From the NCBI GenBank assembly GCA_963697705.1, contig CAVOPA010000003.1, positions 832,176 through 896,175 on the forward strand: DNA of 64,000 nt. Direction: 5' to 3'. Shown here piece by piece: positions 9,768 to 15,954 of this stretch. The translations under genes were made by a program, and so were the position numbers. This DNA is from Vicinamibacteria bacterium (lineage in GTDB: Bacteria > Acidobacteriota > Vicinamibacteria > Vicinamibacterales > JAENWD01). The notes below the pieces were generated by a model, which was not told where the DNA came from, ran no database searches, and worked only from the letters and a program-made list of their open reading frames with translations. The number at the start of each line of letters is the position of its first letter. Position 1 is the stretch's first letter.

Positions 9768-9900
9768 AAAGGCCAAAGGCTAAGGGCCAAAGGCTTAGGG
9801 CCAACCGCTGAAGGCCCAAGCGCGAGTCGGCTCGTGACCGCGAGCTCGCCAAGGGGCCTTTAGCCATTGGCCCTTAGCCATCAGTCCTTAGCCCTGAACC
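9768..9900. repeat. Word palindrome, GGCTAAGGGCCAA-type, filling the thiolase-hbd spacer
   Basis: Left aaaggccaaaggctaagggccaaaggcttagggcc. Right ggcctttagccattggcccttagccatcagtccttagccc. The right arm contains the thiolase stop codon and the left arm abuts the hbd GTG. Confidence 0.8.
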
Positions 9901-11063
9901 AGCGCCGCGATCCCCTGCCCGCCGCCGATACACGCCGCCGCCACGCCGCGATGTGCGCCGCGCCGTCGCATTTCGAGGGCGAGCGTGAGCAGCAGGCGCG
10001 TGCCACTCATGCCGAGCGGATGACCGAGGGCGATGGCGCCGCCGTTGACGTTCACCGCCTCGCGAGGCAGACCCAGCTCCTGTTCGACCGCGAGGTACTG
10101 CGCGGCAAAGGCCTCGTTGATCTCGAACAAATCGATGTCGCCGAGCGTCAGCCCCGTGCGCTCGAGCAGCATCCGTGTAGCCGGTGCCGGCCCCATTCCC
10201 ATCAGCGTCGGCTCCACCCCCGTCGTCGCCCAACCCGCGAGCCTGCCGAGCGGCGTGACGCCGAGACGCTCCACCGCCGCGCCCGAAGCCAGGATCAACG
10301 CCGCGCCGCCATCGACGATGCCGCTGGCGTTGCCGGCGGTCACACACCCGTTCTTCGAGAAGGCCGCAGGCAGCTTCGCCAAGACTTCGAGCGTTGTCTG
10401 CGGCCGCATGTGATCGTCGCGAGTGAAAGCTTCGACACCCTTGCGCGATTTCACCTCCACGGCAACGACTTCGTCCGAGAATCGCCCCGCGTCCCAGGCG
10501 GCCGCCGCGCGCTGCTGGCTGAGTAGCGCGTACTCGTCCTGGGCGTTCCGCGAGATGCCGTATTTACCGGCACAATTCTCGGCCGTCACCGCCATGCTGC
10601 AGCCGCAATGCGTGTCGGTGAGGGCCTCCCAGAGCGAATCTTCGAGGGTGCCCTGTCCAAGGCGCAGACCGCCGCGCAGCCCGCGGATCACGTGGGGCGC
10701 CTGGCTCATGCTCTCGGCGCCACCGGTCAGCACGACGTCAGCTTCGCCCAGCAGGATCATCTGCGCACCGCTGATCGCGGCCTGAATGCCAGACCCGCAG
10801 AGGCGATTCACGGTGAGCGCAGGCACGTCCACCGGCACGCCGGCTTTGAGCCCGATATGGCGCGCACCGTAGATCGCATCCGCGCTCGTTTGCAGCACAT
10901 TACCGAACACGACGTGGGCGATCTGATCCGGGCGAACGCCCGTCCGTGTGAACGCCGCCCGGGCCGCGATGGCGCCGAGGTCGAGCGCGGAGATGTCCTT
11001 CAACGCGCCGACATACTCCGCCATCGGCGTGCGGGCGCCGCCCACTATGAAGACTTCAGTCAT
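9888..11063 (-). CDS. Acetyl-CoA C-acetyltransferase (thiolase II)
   Basis: NRLCGSGIQA (active Cys), NEAFAAQ, GHPLGMSGTRLL, ACIGGGQGIA. Confidence 0.93.
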   Translation of the reverse strand: MTEVFIVGGARTPMAEYVGALKDISALDLGAIAARAAFTRTGVRPDQIAHVVFGNVLQTSADAIYGARHIGLKAGVPVDVPALTVNRLCGSGIQAAISGAQMILLGEADVVLTGGAESMSQAPHVIRGLRGGLRLGQGTLEDSLWEALTDTHCGCSMAVTAENCAGKYGISRNAQDEYALLSQQRAAAAWDAGRFSDEVVAVEVKSRKGVEAFTRDDHMRPQTTLEVLAKLPAAFSKNGCVTAGNASGIVDGGAALILASGAAVERLGVTPLGRLAGWATTGVEPTLMGMGPAPATRMLLERTGLTLGDIDLFEINEAFAAQYLAVEQELGLPREAVNVNGGAIALGHPLGMSGTRLLLTLALEMRRRGAHRGVAAACIGGGQGIAALVQG

Positions 11064-11064
11064 T

Positions 11065-11241
11065 CCCGTGATCCGTTATCCGTGATCCGTTGGTTCGTCG
11101 ATCCGCTGTTCGTCGTCCGTTCCGTCGTTCCGTCATCCGCTGACCGCGCATTCGCCGCCGTGGGAGAGGCCGACTTGTGAATCGCTCCGGCGATCAGCGT
11201 CAACGCGGCGGATACCGGATAACGGATAACGTGTCAACGGG
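11065..11241. repeat. Word palindrome, ATCCGTT-type, filling the IPMDH-thiolase spacer
   Basis: Left cccgtgatccgttatccgtgatccgttggttcgtcgatccgctgttcgtcgtccgttccgtcgttccgtcatccg. Right ggcggataccggataacggataacgtgtcaacggg. cgttatccg pairs with cggataacg. Confidence 0.75.
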
Positions 11242-11264
11242 AAGTGATTGCGTCGACAATCGCC

Positions 11265-12287
11265 TCACCCACCGCAATCGTCCCCCTGCGTACCGCCGAT
11301 ATCAGGCGTGCCGATGCCGTCGTTGACCACGTGGCGGACGGCCCGGTCGATCGCAGCCGCTTCGTCAGTCAGACCGAGATGCGCGAGCATCAGGCCGGCG
11401 GACAGGATCGCACCCATCGGGTTCGCCACGTTCCGGCCCGCCAGCGGCGGCGCCGAACCGTGCACCGGCTCGAACATCGAGGTGCGGCCAGGGTGCACGT
11501 TCGCCGACGCGGCCATTCCGAGGCCTCCCTGTAGGGCGGCGCCAAGGTCGGTGATGATGTCGCCGAACAGGTTATTGGTCACGATGACGTCGAACTGCGC
11601 CGGCTCGCGCACCATCTGCAGCACCAGGGCGTCGATGTACTGGTGTGACGCATGGATGTCCGGAAATTCCGGTGCCACGGCGCGGAAGATGCGCTGCCAC
11701 AGGGCATGCCCGTCGGCCATGGCGTTGCTCTTGTCGGTCATGCACACGCGCGTGCGGCCGTGCACGCGTGCCCATTCGAACGCATACCGCACGATGCGGT
11801 TGACGCCCTTCCACGTATTGACCTCTTCCTGGATTGCGATCTCGTCCTCGGTGCCAGGCTTCACGCGACCGCCGACGCCAACATACACACCCTCGGTGTT
11901 CTCACGGAAGATCGCCATGTCGATGTCGGCCGGTGTGCGGTCCTTCAGCGGACAGAGCCGCGCGTCGAAGAGCGTGACGGGCCGGTAGTTCACGTACAAA
12001 TCGAGCTCGAAACGAATCCCGAGCAGGATGTCGCGCGCGTGCCGGCTGTCGGGCACCCGCGGATCGCCGAGCGCCCCGACGAGCACCGCGTCGAAGTCGT
12101 CCCTGAGCATCACGTACCCATTCGCGGGCACGGTGACGCCGGTCTCGAGGTAGTAGTCGGCGCCCCAAGGGATTTGTTCGATCTCGAACGTGCGCCCGAA
12201 GACATCGCCGACACGCCGGATCGCGCGGAGGGCTTCGGCTACGACCTCTTTGCCTATGCCGTCGCCGGGGATGACCGCCAGCCGCAT
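11265..12287 (-). CDS. Isocitrate/isopropylmalate dehydrogenase family enzyme (3-IPM or tartrate dehydrogenase-like)
   Basis: MRLAVIPGDGIGKEV, YVNYRPV, FRENTEGVY, NLFGDIITDLGAALQGGLG, EPVHGSAP. The C-terminus looks frameshifted (see findings); a corrected frame would end near 11234. Confidence 0.85.
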   Translation of the reverse strand: MRLAVIPGDGIGKEVVAEALRAIRRVGDVFGRTFEIEQIPWGADYYLETGVTVPANGYVMLRDDFDAVLVGALGDPRVPDSRHARDILLGIRFELDLYVNYRPVTLFDARLCPLKDRTPADIDMAIFRENTEGVYVGVGGRVKPGTEDEIAIQEEVNTWKGVNRIVRYAFEWARVHGRTRVCMTDKSNAMADGHALWQRIFRAVAPEFPDIHASHQYIDALVLQMVREPAQFDVIVTNNLFGDIITDLGAALQGGLGMAASANVHPGRTSMFEPVHGSAPPLAGRNVANPMGAILSAGLMLAHLGLTDEAAAIDRAVRHVVNDGIGTPDIGGTQGDDCGG

Positions 12288-12326
12288 GTCATGCAGGATG
12301 TCGGATGACGGATGCCGAATGCAAGG
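12285..12326. repeat. Low-coordinate arm of the GGATGNCG-word palindrome enclosing the four-helix-bundle ORF
   Basis: catgtcatgcaggatgtcggatgacggatgccgaatgcaagg. Includes the IPMDH start codon (12285-12287). Confidence 0.8.
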
Positions 12327-12415
12327 CTCGTCGATTCTGTCCGCCGGCGCCGAGCACAGAAGCATGTCGGATGGCGGGGGCCGGCCCCCGCGCCTAGATA
12401 TTCGACGATCCCGAT

Positions 12416-12788
12416 TCAGCCGCGACCTGGGTTGGAGCGCGCGTTGCGCAGAATCACAGTTAGTACCTGACACCAAGCCGTTAGCCTCGCGCAGCAATGG
12501 CGTAGCTGCCTCGACGAGCGCCGGCCGCTTGTTGCTGATCACGCGGAGCCAAAAATACGACTCGCGCGCCTCCTTCAAAGCGATAGCGCCCTTTGCGATG
12601 AAATCTGCCTTGCTCTGTCCAGCAGAGGCCTCCTCGAGGTTCGAGCCTATGCTCGTAGCGGCCTTGAACAATTGCCAGATCAAATGCCGGGTGGTGGCTC
12701 GCAGGTCCCGAACGGAATCGCAGAAATCGATCACGTCGCAGGCGAAGTTGAACGCACGATCATGAATATCTCGCGGCTTCTGCGTCAC
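12416..12788 (-). CDS. Four-helix-bundle protein (23S rRNA intervening-sequence protein family, TIGR02436/PF05635-like), apparent frameshift near the 3' end
   Basis: FNFACDVIDFC...QLFKAATSIGSNLEEASAGQSKADFIAKGAIALKEARESYFWLRVI. After ...LLREANGLV the family-typical tail (QVLTVILRNARSNPGRG-stop at about 12416) is in the neighbouring frame. As sequenced, the ORF reads through into the IPMDH gene, giving the 507-aa track ORF. Confidence 0.75.
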
Positions 12789-12860
12789 AGCGGCACGCGC
12801 ATGCGAAGGCCATGCCTGAGGTCAGCAATCGTCAAATCGTCCCTGCCGACCTGCAGTGCT

Positions 12861-13012
12861 ATGCGCCATCCGCCATCCGCATCCGCCATCCTGCATCCGC
12901 CATCCTGGCATCCGGCATCCGTCGCATTCGGCATCCGGCATTCGACATCCGGCATTCGACATTCATCGACATCCGACATCCGACATCCGGCATCCGGCAT
13001 CAGGCATCCGAG
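12861..13012. repeat. High-coordinate arm (CATCCG/CATTCG words, ~150 nt) of the same palindrome
   Basis: ...gcattcggcatccggcattcgacatccggcattcgacattcatcgacatccgacatccgacatccggcatccggcatcaggcatccgag. Ends 3 nt from the thiolase stop at 13015. Confidence 0.8.
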
Positions 13013-13014
13013 AA

Positions 13015-14226
13015 TCAGCCGTTCGTGTCGCACCTTTCAATGGCGAGCGCCATCCCCATCCCCCCGCTCACGCACAACGTGGCCAGGCCCCGGCGGGCCT
13101 GGCGGCGGTGCAGTTCGTGGAGCAGCGTGACGAGGATCCGTGTGCCGGTGCAGCCGATCGGATGTCCGAGCGCAATGGCGCCGCCGTTGACGTTCAGGCG
13201 CTCACGATCGATCGGGAGGTCGGCGAGCACGGCGAGCACCTGCGGGGCGAAGGCTTCGTTCAGCTCCACCAGATCGAAGTCGTCGAGCGTGAGCTGGAGG
13301 CGATCGAGCAGCTTGCGGACTGCGGGGACCGGCCCGATGCCCATGCGGGCCGGATCGACGCCGACGGTGGCCCAGCCAAGGATCCGCGCGAGGGGACGCA
13401 GGCCGTGCTTGCGTATGGCGGCCGCACTGGCCACGAGCACGGCGGCACCGCCGTCAGTGATGCCGGACGAGGAACCTGCCGTGATGATGCCGGGCAAGCC
13501 CGCCACCTGCGGAAACACCGGCGGCAGTTTCTTCAGCGCCTCGATCGTCGTCCCTGCCCTCGGATGCTCGTCGGCGGCGATCGTCGTGCCGCTTTTCGGC
13601 CCGGGCACGTGGACGGCCGTGATCTCGGCAGCGAAACGGCCCTCGCGCGTTGCGGCGTCGGCCCGATGCTGACTGAGGAGCGCGTAGTCGTCGGATGCCT
13701 CCCGCGTGATGCCATAGTCGCGCGCGAGCAGCTCCGCCGTCTCACCCATGATCAGCCCTGAAAGGGGGCACTGGAAACCGTCGCGATACATTGCGTCGAC
13801 GAGTGCGAAGTGCCCCATCTTGTGCCCCCACCGCGCATCGTCAGCGTCAAGCAGGTAGGGCATGCGGCTCATCGATTCGATGCCGCCCGCGAGCACGACG
13901 TCGGCGTCGCCCGCTGCGATCGCCTGCGCGGCCGAGGCGACGGCCTGCAGGCCCGACGCGCACGCCTGGTTCAGCGTCCACGCGGGCACGCGATCGGCAA
14001 GGCCGACATGGCGACCGACCTGCCGCGCGGGGTTCGGGCCAGACCCCGCCTGACGCGCGTGCCCGATGACGACGAGATCGATCAGCCCGGGATCGATCGC
14101 AGCGCGCTCAATCGCTGCGCGCGCGGCGATGGCGCCGAGCTCCGCAGGATGCACGCTCTTCAAGCCTCCGCCATAGCGCCCGATCGGCGTGCGCGCTCCA
14201 GCGACGATGAACGTCTCCGTCATCAC
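13015..14226 (-). CDS. Acetyl-CoA acetyltransferase / thiolase (second paralog)
   Basis: NQACASGLQA, NEAFAPQ, GHPIGCTGTRIL, LCVSGGMGMA. Confidence 0.93.
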   Translation of the reverse strand: MMTETFIVAGARTPIGRYGGGLKSVHPAELGAIAARAAIERAAIDPGLIDLVVIGHARQAGSGPNPARQVGRHVGLADRVPAWTLNQACASGLQAVASAAQAIAAGDADVVLAGGIESMSRMPYLLDADDARWGHKMGHFALVDAMYRDGFQCPLSGLIMGETAELLARDYGITREASDDYALLSQHRADAATREGRFAAEITAVHVPGPKSGTTIAADEHPRAGTTIEALKKLPPVFPQVAGLPGIITAGSSSGITDGGAAVLVASAAAIRKHGLRPLARILGWATVGVDPARMGIGPVPAVRKLLDRLQLTLDDFDLVELNEAFAPQVLAVLADLPIDRERLNVNGGAIALGHPIGCTGTRILVTLLHELHRRQARRGLATLCVSGGMGMALAIERCDTNG

Positions 14227-14311
14227 TGAACGATCTTATCCGGTGTCACAGACACCCGACGATGGGTCGTCGGCGATGACGGGTTCGGTCAGCACCCGGC
14301 GGCCCGCCGAC

Positions 14312-15748
14312 CTACGGTCCCGCACGCCGATACACCCGCATCCGCTCACCGTCGCCCGGCCGGTCCGAGAACCGCACCAGGCGCTCACCGAATGGGCGCA
14401 GCGGCAGGTGCGGATTGTCGCCGAGCCATTCGTTCGTCAGGAGGACTCCCTCAGGCGCAAGCATCGCCGCGATGTTTGCCGTGGCAAGCGCCTGCTCGAA
14501 GATGTCGTAGTAGATCAGCACGTTGGTGGCGACCACCACGTCGAAGCGCTCGCCCGGCGGGAGATCCAGGCGCTGGTAGACGATGTCGAGGTCGAGCGCA
14601 GTCAAGAGACGAGGGACGTCGGCGGAGAGCCGGACGGCTCGGCGTTCGAGCGTGCCGGCGTTGTTGGGGGGCGCCAGGGGATGAGCCGCGGCGCCGACCC
14701 GTGTGCCCACAGCCTGCCACCAGGCGCGCGCCTCCGGCGTCCACGGCACGGCCGGATCGAGCGTGAGCTGCAGGTCGTACGGTCTGGCTTTCGGAGAATC
14801 GACGAGCCGACGCAGGTGCTGATTGACGCGAGGGCTGACGTCGAAGGTCGTGAGGCGAAGGTCTCGTGAGGCGACGCCGAGGGTCGCGAGCGAATCGATC
14901 ACGGCGAACGGCTGGAAGGTCTGCGGCGGGTAGTAATCCTGTCCCTCGGCCTTGTCGATGAAGTCGAGGCCAGGACCAATCACCGCGATGCGCCGCACGC
15001 CGCTCGCAGGCAGGATACTCCTGGCTTGCAGATCCGCGAGGGCGCCGTGGACTGCAAATGCGATCGGCCACGATGTGTCGGACGCCAGCGCGCGCGACGC
15101 AAAGAGGTGCGCCCGCCGCGCGATGTCCGCGCGTTCCCCGCCCGACTCCCCTGCCGCGAGCGCGGCGCCGAGTTCCCGGCTCTCGCGCGTGACCCGCGCG
15201 AAGTTTGCGAGCAGGTAGGCGCGCGCGCGAGTCGCGCCGGCCGGCGTTTCCACGGGCAGGCCGAGGCGATCGAACGTCGCGCGCACCCACGCCAGCCGTT
15301 CGTCACCCGCCGGAGTTCCGGCCGCAGTGACCAGGTCGGAGACGCGCGCGTGGATCGCGCCGCCAACCACGCGCTCGACTCCCGCCGTTCCCGTTCCGTC
15401 GGCCGCCGCGCGCGCAGTCGCATCGGCAATGAACGCGACCGTGATCCGTGGCGCCGTGGTGAAGCTCGTGCCGTAGACGAGCAGATACGCGAGCGCGTCT
15501 TCTTCGGCGCGGAGGACGCGGCCGCGAACGGCGGCGTCGCGCGCCCTCACCCAAGCGGTCCACCGCGCCGCGCCCTCCGTGTCGGACGGCAGGTCTGCTG
15601 GCGCGTGCTCGGCCACCGCGGGGAGCACGGAGGCGATCTCGCCGCGGAACACGAAGCGGACGCGAGATCCGTCGGCGGCGGCGAGCCCGAGCGCGAGAGC
15701 GCCGAGGGGGAGCCACACGAGAAACGGGGTGCGGCGGAACGGAGGCAC
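14312..15748 (-). CDS. Hypothetical exported/membrane-anchored protein with a methyltransferase-like C-terminal region
   Basis: GTG start before FLVWLPLGALALGLAAA. C-terminal RIAVIGPGLDFID...FDVVVATNVLIYYDIFEQALATANIAAMLAPEGVLLTNE resembles a class I MTase fold. The track start at 15868 lies in REP-like repeats. Confidence 0.55.
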   Translation of the reverse strand: MPPFRRTPFLVWLPLGALALGLAAADGSRVRFVFRGEIASVLPAVAEHAPADLPSDTEGAARWTAWVRARDAAVRGRVLRAEEDALAYLLVYGTSFTTAPRITVAFIADATARAAADGTGTAGVERVVGGAIHARVSDLVTAAGTPAGDERLAWVRATFDRLGLPVETPAGATRARAYLLANFARVTRESRELGAALAAGESGGERADIARRAHLFASRALASDTSWPIAFAVHGALADLQARSILPASGVRRIAVIGPGLDFIDKAEGQDYYPPQTFQPFAVIDSLATLGVASRDLRLTTFDVSPRVNQHLRRLVDSPKARPYDLQLTLDPAVPWTPEARAWWQAVGTRVGAAAHPLAPPNNAGTLERRAVRLSADVPRLLTALDLDIVYQRLDLPPGERFDVVVATNVLIYYDIFEQALATANIAAMLAPEGVLLTNEWLGDNPHLPLRPFGERLVRFSDRPGDGERMRVYRRAGP

Positions 15749-15814
15749 GCGCCGAGTGTAGCAGCGGGAGTACGCGACGGCGGGCCACCGGAAGGGGGCA
15801 CTAACTTGGGCACT

Positions 15815-15881
15815 GGCCTGCCTAAAGGCAGGCACTACACGGGATCCACCTGCGCGAAAGGCGGGCACTACACGGGACTAC
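15815..15881 (+). repeat. Two REP-like hairpin units (GCACTAC family)
   Basis: ggcctgcctaaaggcaggcactacacgggatcca and cctgcgcgaaaggcgggcactacacgggactac. Confidence 0.75.
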
Positions 15882-15954
15882 GTGGGATGGTGCGCGGCGG
15901 CGACAGGCCGTGGCCCCTCCTGGGCGGTCCAGAAGAGGCCACGGTTAGGCCGGT

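Noticed and set aside
11265-12788. 507-aa ORF as a genuine four-helix-bundle / dehydrogenase fusion protein
   Set aside because: The linker is the translation of a simple-word repeat arm. The dehydrogenase has its own canonical N-terminus (MRLAVIPGDGIGKEV). The four-helix-bundle family tail and a stop codon are present in the adjacent frame.
12785-13130. Small ORFs translating the simple-word tracts. Examples: 12785-13033 (minus), 12672-13130 (plus), 48269-48511 (plus), 39754-40116 (minus), 30062-30247 (plus).
   Set aside because: Their sequences are periodic translations of the repeats (for example MPDAGCRMSDV..., KAGTT...). They exist in several frames at once and lack starts with ribosome-binding sites.
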